DNA of 64,000 nucleotides from Dicyema japonicum (lineage: Eukaryota > Animalia > Dicyemida): assembly GCA_011109175.1 (NCBI GenBank), contig RDEW01000050.1, positions 274,694 through 338,693 of the forward strand, written 5' to 3'. The notes below the pieces were generated by a model. The model did no database searches and had not been told where the DNA came from. It saw only the letters and a list, made by a program, of their open reading frames with translations. Within the stretch, counting starts at the first letter, position 1. Every line of letters starts with the position of its first letter. Positions 49,935 through 64,000 of the stretch are shown in pieces. The position numbers were made by a program, and so were the translations under genes.

Positions 49935-50400
49935 CTCTTAATTTAATTTATTAACCCCGGATACACCGAGAAAGAAGTTAAAGTAAACAACTGATTAAGT
50001 GTATCCAGTTTCCACTTCTACAGAAACAGAGTACATCCGGAATCAACATAAAAAAAAGTCCATTACTTGCAGTTTTGGAAACCCTTCCAGTGGAGTGGGG
50101 AAGAGCAAATGATCACTTTGCGTGCCCTGGAGCCACCTAGACAGGTGGATCACATGTCGCCACTCTAATAGGAAGGGAAAGGGGAGGAACAAACCAAACA
50201 AACTTCAACCAATTAGCCTCGTAGCACCACAGAAAAGTGGAGCTGGTCATGGGAAGGTAGAGGGATTTCTTTCAAAACTGCGTCGTACCAGAAGGACTCG
50301 TCCCCTCGTAGGAGAGATCCGTATGAGAAGAATTGACCTTCACTAAAAATTCCATCTTTAGGTTTGAAATGAAATAAAAAACTTCCCAGACCACGGTAGC
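49935..50400 (-). mobile_element. Jockey/I-like LINE 3' end
   Basis: Homologous to 58130-58400(-) (HW.GF..C region); tail ttctttctcggtgtatccggggttaataaatt. Confidence 0.5.
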
Positions 50401-52880
50401 AACAAACTAACAAATCACTTGATCCCAGCACGTTATAAAGGAGACTTCAGCTTGGCACGATGACCTCCCTCGATCCAACGCAAGTACACATCGTTGGCCG
50501 TAAGTTACTCGGTTTTTACGTATTAAAGATTCCAGAGGCATTGGAGACTGGGACTTTCCAGAGGTCTATCATTTCGTAATTTTGGAAGCTTTTCTGGGTA
50601 GCTACACTTTCATGGAATTTGTCCAAGATATAAACGAACACTAGAAAGAACACATAAGATGGTTCGACGTACTTCTTGTAGATAGAGATCAAGACTGGAT
50701 GGTTTCCTGCTTTTCATACTCCTGAGGGTACTAGGACATTTGGCCGACAGACGATTAGCCGACAAACCCCTACGGTACTAGGACATTTGGCCGATTAGGT
50801 TTTCAGTTATTATGTGAAACATGTTCGGTTCCATTAGTGTATGCTATTGCTCGAAAAAAATCCCAACAAATGTATGAACAAATATTTTCTACTTTCACTT
50901 TGGCCAGTGTTTATGAGGAAAAATACAAAATCTAGGACTGCAGGCATGGTATAATGACCCAGCAAAAACAAACTTAATTAAAAGTATTCAAGCACTGGAA
51001 GAAGACCATTGTTTAGTTTGGAATTGTGGAATGTACACGAAAGAAGGATGGCACAGATCTTTTTCACAAAAAGTGTTTATAAAACATCCAACCGTTTGTC
51101 GGCTTGTTGCAAAAATACGAAAAGAACAGTCGGAGTGGGAGTTCACAGTAAAACAAGTGAATAACAATAAGACAAGTAAAGAAGTACCAGGATGTGAACA
51201 AAAGGATAAACAGTATTCATAGCCTTTAAGTAAATGTTTTTATCTTGAATTTTATCTCTGAATTTTAAAAACCAGAATTTCCTGTCTAAACGTCTGTCAG
51301 TTAAACGTCTGTCGGCCAAATGTCTGTCGGCCTAATATCTGTCTGCTAAATGTCCGGACACGCTCCTGAGATACTTTTCAGAACGTTAGCCTTCTCGAAT
51401 TTGATCACGTGTATTGCATGCTGTGAGAAACACACTTGCATGTCGAATGTGACTCCCAGAATTTTCTGGTATTTGCTAAAAGGATTTCGGCATTATCTTT
51501 TTTTTAGCTCCGCCGTCCGTCTGCTTAATCTCTTATTGAAAGTGAATAATGTGGTGACTGATTTCTACCCGCTAATCGATAGGCGGTTGTCCTCTAACAA
51601 AAAATCTCACCGGATGGTTAAATGGGTGGAAGTTGAGCGTTCTGCTTTGGACCTGTCCTGAAATGACATAGAACGTCCTTAATTTTTGAAAGGACTAGCT
51701 TTAGTTTGACATTGAACATATGAGCGAGACAGGCCTGAATGACTCTGGATTGTCTTTCTGTCTTCCAGGTTTCAGAATTGGTCGTATATAAACAAGTTTC
51801 CAAATAGCTAGTGTGACATTTTTATCATTTGATGTGTTGAACAGTCTTGTTAGGATGGCAATGTCTGTGTTCCCAGATTTTTCAGTAAAATAATGGGTAT
51901 CCTATCGGAACCTCAGGAGGGAGTATTTATAGTCTAATTTAACACATTTTCTACGTCCTTTATGGTAATTATGTCGATTCCGGCTCTTTCTTAGGTTTCC
52001 TCTGGGCCAATGAGGGGATGACCTTTTATTGTCTTTATGGAGACTTTGACATAGAATTTGGTCAGCTTGATTAGATCATCCAAGTTGAAATCATCGTTAT
52101 GTATCTTTTCGCGGTACTTGAAATATAAATTTCCGCAGTAGGCCGGTTCCTGTTCAAGCCTAAAAATACCATTTAGTCCTCTGGACTATAAGTATTTTGT
52201 TCTCTATCTTTTGGTTCAGGATTCGAACTTTGAGTTTCATTTTTTTCGTTGGCTAGTTAATCCTTCTTTCTTTACATAAAGGAATCTTTCCATGCCCACT
52301 GGCAAGGTTAGTGACTTGACAGCCAAAGAAGGTGTTTCGCATTCATATCTCCAAATGACGTCCAAAAATTTCTGTAACTTTGTCGTTTCCCATGAGATTC
52401 TTTAGTTCTGAAGTGATGTTCAGGCATTTAAGGTCTTTCCAGTATATAGTTAGGAGCCCAACGCCCCGTTTCTTCGTTCTGTCGATCCGTATATATTCGT
52501 ATCCATTGAATGTAGGGGAGGAATATTTGCAGTGAGTTTGTTTCTTGGATATCAATGATATGTTTACAAATAGAGAGTAGTTCCAAGATCTTTCCTCTTA
52601 TTCCATTAAAGTTTGATTTAGAACAGTAGTCAAACTTCTCTTTTGATGGGCTGTTGAGTTCATGTGAAGCTGAAGTCTTGCTAGTAGCGTGTAGCCTGGA
52701 GCGATAAACCTTCAGAGATACTTAAGATTGATTCCGTGAAAAAGAGAAACAGAAGGCGGGCCAAGACACGAGAAAAGGTGATCTGCCCTGTGATCATCAA
52801 GTGAACATGAAATGTAACTTGCCCGGTCTTGTTTAGGTAGACTTACGTAGTGACCTCAGCCGAGGTGAGACAGGTTTACC
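50400..52880 (-). mobile_element. Jockey/I-like LINE, long degraded copy, split by the Mutator-like element
   Basis: Endonuclease FNGYEYIRIDRTKKRGVGLL (ORF 52343-52555); YLGVTFD region; EKANVLKSISGV is restored across the insertion; TCVGSRE..HRAK end. Confidence 0.65.
50727..51362 (+). mobile_element. Mutator-like (MULE) deletion derivative with 8-bp TSD
   Basis: Transposase remnants VYAIARKKSQQMYEQIF, RKIQNLGLQAWY and EGWHRSFSQKVFIKHPT..IRKEQ; inverted subterminal ggacatttggccgac-type repeats; ctcctgag at 50719-50726 and 51363-51370. Confidence 0.8.
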
Positions 52881-52982
52881 CAAATTTAAGGATTATTATA
52901 ATGAAATTATATATTTTATAAATTTAAAAAAATTAAAAAATTTTTAATCAAATTTGCCGCACTATTTTATCAATTAGTTGTT

Positions 52983-55409
<2,427 letters not shown>

Positions 55410-56379
55410 CATTATTGGCTTTGATTCTTTTCTTGTTATTTTTTGTTTCCTGACGAATTAGATATAGCAAAGTTATATAGAGGCTTTAAATTGACAATCT
55501 GTGGTTATGACCGTTTTACTTGTCAGATGTGCATAGGCCTAAACTTTACCCTGGCTATTATATAGAAACGTTCCCAGGACAACGATACTGATCATTTCAA
55601 TGCAAATTTGCACTATTCTCGGGACCTTTCACCTCTGATGTTGTCAAATAAGATGAAAACTTACAAATTTAACTATTAGAAATACAGTGTGATTCTACAC
55701 TCAGAACAAAATACCTATATATGGGGATGGATTCTATTCAAACCTTCCTGAAAAGTTTACAAACTTCAAAACTTTTTAATGAGTATTATGGCAATGTATG
55801 GTTCCACCTATGTGTGACAGTTGTTTTCATTCATGAAATCAACAAAATCTTCTGAGAACAAGACTGATGAACACTTGTCATCCCCGATCAAGGTCTGAAC
55901 TGCTAATACATTTCAGATATACGAAAAATTGTATGAAAAAGAGGAACCTCAAGACAAAACAAAAAGTGAGAATGATAATCTTAAAAAATGATTACAATTT
56001 TTATAATTTTCGTTGTGGAATGTTAGCGAAATATAGCCTTTGTAGGACAACAAAGTATTACATTTAATAAGATTACGGTTTTTTTATATTTGTTAGTGTA
56101 GCTGATATAGAGGGTATGAGACATTCGCATGTGAATTAGAGTATACCCTTGTATAAAACAATTTTATTAAAAAGATGACGCACTTTTGCGAAACCAACGG
56201 AGACCTATGAAAAAATTGAGGGAATTTTCGTTAAGGGAAGGAAGGAATTTAGTAGATTTCTCAAGATTACTTCTCCATGTGTGCATTCGTACTTTCAATT
56301 AAATAATTTGAACTCGTCAATTTCCATAATCCAGCTGTAAAGAGACAAGGAGTATTTCAGGGTCAATGCGTCATTCCCA

Positions 56380-57540
56380 GGCGCCATAAAAATCATCCCT
56401 GTTATTGAGGATCTCTGATTTGTTAACATGCTCGTGAATGGTCAATCAATCATGAAGATGCATCACGAACTAGCCCCTCTGACGAGAGTTGAGGAGGCAG
56501 ACATGTTAATTGCATACGAAACAGAAATAAAGACAGATGAGAATACGACTTTCCTGAGTTTTGAATCCACATTTTTCACCATGGAATGAAAGGGCAATAA
56601 CCGAAATCGAAACATCGATTTTTATCTGTGTCCGTTGAAGATAAGAAATCTGAGGATTATTGCATGCTTTACTGCTATTGATGTTTGTTGTGTCGACGAA
56701 TAGGTCACCATTGGCGGCCTTCACTCTCTGGAAGAATGCACTAAGGAGATTGAAAATTCGATACCTATTATAGGATAAGATTTAAACTCCGAGAGCACGT
56801 GCTTCTGTTGTAGGAAGAATAACATGGTTGGAAAACTTCTGAAGGAGCTAACCGAAGGCCTTAGTGTGAGAGTCTTTACGTCTTAGGAAGACAATCGTTT
56901 CTTTCCGTTCGGAAGAGACAATTTGTCCGATTTAGACTGTTTTTTTTGAATATGAGGACATACCAATTGCCCTTCAGGATATTGAAGGGACCACATCTCA
57001 CAGCCATTCTCAATAAATCTGAGGAAAGTCAGTGAACCTTTGTTACGACATAAGAAACTTAAATTGACTCATAATCGAATGTTCACCCCCAATGAATTAG
57101 TGTTAGGGAATTGTGAGCCCCAAAACTTATGGAAATAATGTAAGGACTGAAAAGACGACCATTTTGTCCATTAAAGCCCAAGAAATTACTTATGAACATG
57201 TTCAATGCTGGTCTGAAGACATTGTATGGATGGTAGTGAAGACAGGAAAACCGAAGAAGGATCCATCAAGCTACCGACCACCTACTTCTAAAATAAAAAA
57301 TTGTTTTCAGAAGACTCCCAAATATGATGAAAGACATCAGTTATATAGAGATCAATTTGATTTTCGTCCTAGTCCCATATTTCATCTAACTACGAGTTTG
57401 CCAAGGAATGTTCTCATCTCAAAGACTTTGAATAGTGTACGCCAGAAGATCGTAATTCTCCTATTATCTCTGACAGGAAGCCCAGAAGAGTTCGTTATAA
57501 CCGCCAAAATTGTGAACATTTTATTACATAGTTAATATAA
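56380..57540 (+). mobile_element. Degenerate Jockey/I-like LINE remnants
   Basis: EEADMLIAY (cf. DDLLMAYEDD at 27080) and KTGKPKKDPSSYRP. Confidence 0.4.
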
Positions 57541-57840
57541 TCCTGACTATTGATTCCCGCCAAAAAACTGCCTCTCACGATAAAAAGGGAGATCAACTGG
57601 AGAAGACATTGGGTTTCACGGTCATGGCTTTTGAGTGTAACCAAATATCCCAGTTTTTTGAGAAAGGAAAGTGATGTTCCGCTTATGTCTCCAGTTATTT
57701 AACAACAATAGCTTTGAATGTAAATCGGCCAAGAGCTTTTTTACTTCTCTTGAGAACTAAATCAAATTCGAATGGCATGGTGATTTCATCAATTTCTGAG
57801 AGGATGTGACGTAATCAAAGTCCACCGATTTTATTTGAGA

Positions 57841-57910
57841 GTCAGTTAATAAAGTATGTGTCCTGCCTGAGTATCATGGTTCTCGCCAAAAAGTGCTGTA
57901 TAAATTATAA
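57841..57910 (+). repeat. Short, internally deleted copy of the hairpin tail
   Basis: aataaagtatgtgtcctgcctgag..atggttctcgcc..aagtgc. Confidence 0.55.
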
Positions 57911-58129
57911 TTAAATCCTTTCGCCTACGAATAGTAATGTTTCCATTACTCCTCTCAGCTTAGGAAGAACTCAAATTTTATTTAACAAGAACAGTTATGC
58001 TAATCCAAGACATCTATGGTGTTCTTAACTTCTTGTCTTTTCTTTTTGCTTGCGTGTGAGTGCCTGAGACAATCCGGTTTCGCAGTGATGAGTCATTGAT
58101 GACGGCGTCACTCGTCAATCCACTGTGTA

Positions 58130-58900
58130 ATGTCACCCCAGATGCACCGAGAAAAAAGTTAACAACTAATTGATTGTATCCAATTCCCATCGTCATAGAA
58201 ACAGAGTCCTTCGAAAGTCCAGAAGCAGCATAAAAGGTGGAAGACGTCCATTCCTTGCAGCTGTAGAACCCCCTCCAGTGGAATGGGAGAGCAAATGATC
58301 CTTTTTCTTGCCAGACTTGCATTGGGCGCCACCTGAAAAAGTTTGATCACATGGTGCCACTTTTAAAAAGGGAGTGGAGGAACAGACGAAACAATCAGGT
58401 ACCACGTGGCCTTACATCTCACTCCCACGATTCAAGCTATTATGATAATGTGATTGCTTAGGAGTTTGATTCATAAAAAATCATTACCAACGTGAAAATG
58501 CCTTCCAAGGATCTCTTTTCAACTCTGTTCAATTTCCGATAGCTGAAGATTACTAAAAATAAGGACCTCTTACTTTTAACCTTATTAGTCCATCTGGACC
58601 TCTTGTGGACTGTCAGACAGAGAGCAGACCTCACAATGTCTTCGTTCATGTCGAGAACCGTTTTGATGTCCCTCTCCATTTGATTTTGTCACTAATCTCA
58701 CAGTCGAACCCAACCTACATCAAATTATGGAGATAAACACACTCTGTTTGGAAACATGCTCGAGTAGGAAACACAACTACTACACCTACGACTAAAGGAC
58801 ACACGACCTGGATTGCCACATGTCGACCTCGTCTAGGGTTCTTCTGTAAAGAGCTTCTCTTTTCCGTTGATTTAAAGTCGCTATGTTTGTGTGGGGGGGA
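58130..58900 (-). mobile_element. Jockey/I-like LINE 3' portion
   Basis: 58135-58400 aligns with 49957-50200; tail ttttttctcggtgcatctgggg. Confidence 0.45.
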
Positions 58901-59892
58901 TCATTAGGTATGAAACTTCACGTTTTGCTAGCTCTTGTTGGAGAGTTATGGGAAACGCGGGAGTGCTTTTAACTTGATTAAGACATCATGGAGTCATTCT
59001 CACGTTGGTAATTTTTCTGATACCAAGAAAGTATTGAGAGGTATTTTGCTAACCAGTACCCTAGTCATTATCTTCTTGTCTCAGTTGTCTTCTACCTGTA
59101 CCTTATAGACGTAAAAACTTTTTAATGAAACACACTGTACCCATCCACAAGGCATCCACGATAGGCTAAAAGAAGCGTTTGTTTTTCGGAACCTAAAATG
59201 TATTCAACATGCATTTCAATTGTCTTATTTTAAGCGATCTGACTCAAATTTGGCTGTCAATCAATCAAAGTGTACGTGCTCTCTAGAAGTGCTTAGGTGA
59301 TGAATCTACGGAGACTCACAGGGTGATGAAGACAGTTTGTGAATGTTTGTATCCTGGCCTTCTTTGTAAGGTTTGTTTTCTGTACCACTCATACTTAGCA
59401 GCATTGTAAGCTATAATCTCCCATTTTTTCAGATAATCGATTAAGCGGTTTTCCATAATTTTTGAGGGAATAAAGTTATTTTCCAAAAATCTACATAAAA
59501 TCTACATTTGATGCAATCAATTTTGGTTGTGCACTGTCATTACACGGGGAATCAGATGTGAGGACTAAATGGATGCTGAGATCACTTAATTACTCGGTCT
59601 TAAACATTTCTTGATGTTCTTGAGGTTGATTCAAACTTAAATGAAAATTATTCATTAGCAAAATTAAGTCTAGCTGGCTCAATCCCTCAGCTACAAAGCA
59701 TTCCCAGATTATGGAAATTTCAAACATCGTAACTCCCTAATGTCTCCCAAAGTAAGAGGTACCTGCGATTAACTAAAGTAGTTCTTCACTGCTAACTAGA
59801 CTCCATGTGTACAGATAGTCAATAAAATAAGAATATTATCATTTTTAAAACAAATAAAAACAATTTCAAAAATTTAAACAAAAAACAGAAAA

Positions 59893-60527
59893 TTAATTAG
59901 GACGTTCGGGTTTCTTTTTTCTATGTTTGAAAGAAAAGTCCCGACGAAGAGCCTTGTAGGCGTCGAACTTGCTCTCAGCCTCGGTAATGGTTCGTGGAGA
60001 CTCACAAGGACTCTGTTTAATAGGGATAATATCCTTGGGCACATTCACGTTGATCTTCCCTTGGGCGTGAAGCTAGACTTCAGCCACACATATACAGCTT
60101 TTATGTTGACATTCTTGGCCTTGTTGCTAACTACCACCATGGACAGGTACTCCTTCAACCGATTCACATTGACTGTGAGGCCCTCCACGGATTTATTCTT
60201 GCGTCGGTAATCAACGCTGATCCCGATTGTGGGAGCGTAGTATTTGTGGAGGCCAACAGTCTGGAAGATCATTAAATCAAGTACCTTGAGCTCCTGAAGG
60301 CTAAATCCTCGACCTTTTCTAACACGGAAGTTGTATCTCCTCGTGGGACAACGAACTACGGGATGGAGAGAAGCTGTCGGCTGAAGAGGATTATTAGATT
60401 TCTTCTCGGCCCTGAGACGCCTTCTTCGAATCTTTTTCATTGGCTGATCGAAGCATGTCTTTATTCTCCTGGTCCAGTGCTTACGCCTGTGATCATTTGG
60501 CAATGGTTGGTTTCCAGCGAAAGGCAT
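59893..60527 (-). CDS. RPL13: 60S ribosomal protein L13 (eL13), 3 coding exons
   Basis: HWTRRIKTCFDQPMKKIRRR..LHPVVRCPTRRYN..RKGRGFSLQELK..TIGISVDYRRKNKS..NVNRLKEY; introns 60261-60284 (24 nt) and 60073-60095 (23 nt); ends KFDAYKALRR..PERPN*; possible 28-nt 5'-UTR intron just upstream of the ATG. Confidence 0.97.
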
Positions 60528-60689
60528 TCTATAATTATGCTTCTAAATTAAATTACCCACTAAGGAATAGACAATAAAAATGTGATTATTTAAATTTAAT
60601 ATTTTAAAAAATTATTATTTAATGTAAATATTAGTTAATAATTTCGAAACTTCTTCCATTTAAATAATCAGATTATTAGTATAAACAAA

Positions 60690-62690
60690 AAAAGAGAATG
60701 TTTTGTCTGAGGTGTGACAGGGTTTCGCTGTGCATAAGGATTTAGTTCCCGGATTACATCGCTTTTGGAAGATAAGTGATCGGATTAGTGTCATTCTTAT
60801 TGGAAATCTAAACAGCTAATCTCCTTCGTGAATGTGTCCCGTGTTTCCAAAGATCCGGAGGAATTGGACGCTTTCAAGAAGTTGCCAAGATTGTATCTCA
60901 TCTGAAGTCTTCCTATTGCCCTTTATTTCGGGCGATTGGAATGCTAAAGTTGGGTTACGAAAAGGATACGAACGTTTTATTAGACCACATGGAAGTGGGA
61001 TTAGGAACTATCTTGGCACTGCTCTATCTATGCGATTCTCTGCAACACCCAATTCCAATATTCCGCACACCATAAAACAAAGTGAGTAGGCTCCTGACTT
61101 TCGACCACCGGAAATCCGATAAAGATTTATAATCTATTATATTGTTTGTCGAATAAAAGACAAATATCCCTTATGGAGGATTCATCGTTGACAGTGACCA
61201 CACAACTGTGTCTGCAAAAATCAACCCAAAACCTAATCTAACTGTAGAGGATGGGTATGAGATTCTCCACGCGAAATCTAACAGGAGATGCTTCATCCAA
61301 ACACAATGTGGTGGGCATTTCACGGGATCAAGAAGTCAGCAAGACTGCAAGCAGAATATCAAGAGTTTGCATGAGTCAATCAGAAGTGTAGGAACTGATC
61401 TTCCATCGGGAAAGGTTTGGTTCGAAACTGTGAGGGAGGTCCTTTCGGGGGCTGACAAACACCTTAGGAAACATAAACTCCACAGCAGTCAGTGTCATCA
61501 AAACGTGCCAGCCCTATTGAACCTGCAGAAGGATTTAAGGATCCGATAATACTGTGGATCAGCAAACTGTTTCCAAACTGAAACAAGAACGAAGGCAAAT
61601 GGAGAGGAAGATCCATTTCTTAAACAAGTTGGTAGACAAGATTAAAGAATTCGAATACCTTAAAAACAACGATGGAGCATTTCTGGCTATGAGACTAATG
61701 TGGAGGAAGAACCAATCAGGGAAGCTTCTTTTGCACGACAGAAATTGAAAAACAATAGAAAATATTGCGGATTTCACGCCAGAAGACATCAAACTCCGGA
61801 CCCATTGAAATCTTGCGTCCTGTCATCCTTTTAAACACCCTGCGGAAGATCCTTGCTCTGATCGCACTTAATAGGATCACGAGCCAATAGACGCACTTAG
61901 CCAAAAATCAAAGTGGATCAGGACTCGGTCACCCTAATAAGATACACCTATCAAATACGGAGTTGCGAGTGAGTATTGGAAAATGTATGTGGCAAGAAAT
62001 CTTGATAATAGTGGGCACACTTAAAAGAGACTCACTCTCTCCGATATTGTTTGCTGTATATCTTAAATCTATTCTACGAGATCTTTGGAAGTATTACAGT
62101 GACGCTTATTGTTTATATCGATGATGTTGACTTTGTCTCAAATAACAAAGATGCACTTCGAAATTTCCCGGAAGTAGCCCAGACCGCCTAGCCAAATGGT
62201 CTCTATAAATGAACGCTTCGAAAGCGGATATAGTCGAGATCAAACGGGTGGAACCACGCAGTACCGAAATCTGGAGGAAGACTATAAAACTTGGCTCACT
62301 TCTCGGAGACTCAGAAGACATTGGGAGAAGGTTATCTACGGTGACCATGCAATAGCTTATGAAATCTATATACTTCCAGTCCGCCCATCACTCCCTCTCA
62401 GGTTTTGAGGCTTTCGTGAAACCGATCCTTACGTGAAACTATGGCACTTAGTGAATCTAGAAAACTGATGGACAAAGGCTCGACTCTTTTCACATTCTAG
62501 TGAGATACTCCAGCAAACATAATAATGTAAGAATTATCTGAAACATCTGGGAAAAAGTTCTGGGGTCATCCGCGTATAACACTTCCAGAAATCCTTAATG
62601 GTGTTTTGAGAGCAGTAAACAGAGCACTAATGGATGGTGAAGACCTCATTACTCTGCGGAGTCTGCCATTGAATAGGAGAGGGTGAGAGA
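60690..62690 (+). mobile_element. Degraded RTE-clade LINE with internal deletions
   Basis: SGDWNAKVG..GSGIRN, RPVILLNTLRKI, GDSLSPILFAVYL, IDDVDFV, GDSEDI, WGHPRITLP. Confidence 0.7.
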
Positions 62691-63349
62691 GATTAGTATT
62701 GAGGATCATACAAACACACTTATGTGGTACAATTAATGATCGTTTGATCTCCCACATGGGGTTAGAATGTAGGATGGAACCCCGTTTTACTGTAGTTAGG
62801 GGGTAGTTAATTGTAGATCAAGGATAAGGTCAAGAGAGTGGCTCAAGTGACCACCAAGAATGAGAATTTGTTGTTTGGTGTTAATTTAGTTGTTAGATGG
62901 ACAGTTATCATGTTTAATCTAAGGACCTCGAATTGGTTAATTCACGAAACAGGTGCTTATTGTCGGAATATTCTTTCTGCAGTTCTTCGTGAGTCAGGAG
63001 ATGGTAAGGTGCTCACGCTCAGGGGCGAATGCGGGTTATAATGGTAATAAGATAATACAGGAAATAGAGATTACTAAAATAAGATTGGCTGTGTAGTCGA
63101 TTGGTCTAATATAAAAAAGTGCTTGTTGGGTATGGAAACAAAATAATTTGAATGCTCGTATCCACGGTGAAACAGGTCCAGTTGGCATACACAGCCAAAA
63201 TTTATTTAAACTTTCTTAAAATTTATTTAAAACTCACTTATTTCATTAATTATATTTTTTCCATTAATGAGTCTAGTTCGAGTCTGAAAATTTTGAATTA
63301 GATATTTTTTATTTTACTTTTGTCAATTTATATAATTTATTTATTAAAA

Positions 63350-63900
63350 TTATAACGCCTGTCTAACTCAGTCTTCTCTTCTTGGGGCCAACCTCTATTG
63401 CCTGTATAGGTTTTTCACGTCGCTTCACACCGCACATTCAGAGACTACCCTAGATTGACATTCCATGCTTTATTCATTCATGCCTCTCCTAAGCTTGCAT
63501 ACCCTCCAAAGTCTTCCGTAACACTAGCCTTTGTATAAAAGCTTTGACCCTCCTCCTCCACCTTGAGGGCATCGGGGTGGCCCTTGAAGAATCTGGAGAC
63601 AATTCCATCCCAGGTTTTTGTAGACTTTTCTACCTCGACCTTCTTGTGGTAGTTTTGCGAAGTGATCCCAATTTCAACAAGAGTAATCGTATTGTTTAGC
63701 TTATTATAAACGAAATTGTCGTGTTTGTTATTCGTTACAGCCGTATGATAGACGTGTCTACCTGAATCTCCACAAATCCATTTGCGTCAACAGATTGTAC
63801 TGAATGGGTCTACAGTTCCCGAGTTTTTCTTATTCCATATTGACTGCAGAGATGTAGCTGTAAACATCTGACCATTTCGTTATGCCACCTGAAATACGAG
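63350..63900 (-). mobile_element. R4/Dong-like 3' fragment (endonuclease domain)
   Basis: WHNEMVRCLQLHLCSQYG..THSVQSV..IQVDT..LVEIGITSQ..TWDGIV..VLRKTLE. Confidence 0.75.
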
Positions 63901-64000
63901 CTACTCAGCAATTAGTAATATTTTTAATAAATTAAAATAAATTTATTATTAATTAATGAAAGTCAAACGGCTCCATTATGGAAGCTGGATCACTTAATTG

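Noticed and set aside
59300-59460. Two GT..AG segments of 27-28 nt as micro-introns
   Set aside because: They would flank a 7-nt exon and give a short unrecognisable peptide; may be chance

Overview
AT-rich eukaryotic genomic DNA, standard genetic code, dominated by nested and mostly degraded transposable elements. Non-LTR retrotransposons of at least four groups are present (RTE, Jockey/I-like, CRE-like with restriction-like endonuclease, R4/Dong-like), plus weak CR1/L2-group remnants. There are also single Tc1/IS630, hAT and Mutator-like DNA-transposon remnants and a probable tRNA-derived SINE. Four compact host genes lie among them (MCM7, inorganic pyrophosphatase, RPL13, and an RPA43-like gene absent from the ORF track), about 4.7 kb or 7% of the window, plus tRNA-Thr(UGU) and tRNA-Ala(UGC). 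The host genes carry 24 GT-AG introns read by eye, 23 of them only 21-28 nt (mode 23-24 nt). The most notable observations are a CRE-like retrotransposon with an N-terminal PHD finger, the micro-intron architecture, CRE insertions with 7-, 14- and 79-bp target-site duplications, and a SINE/LINE shared 3' hairpin with covariation. Several frameshifts fall in homopolymer runs, including one in MCM7, so some apparent decay may be assembly error. All family assignments come from motif recognition; no database search was run, and TE boundaries without TSDs are approximate.
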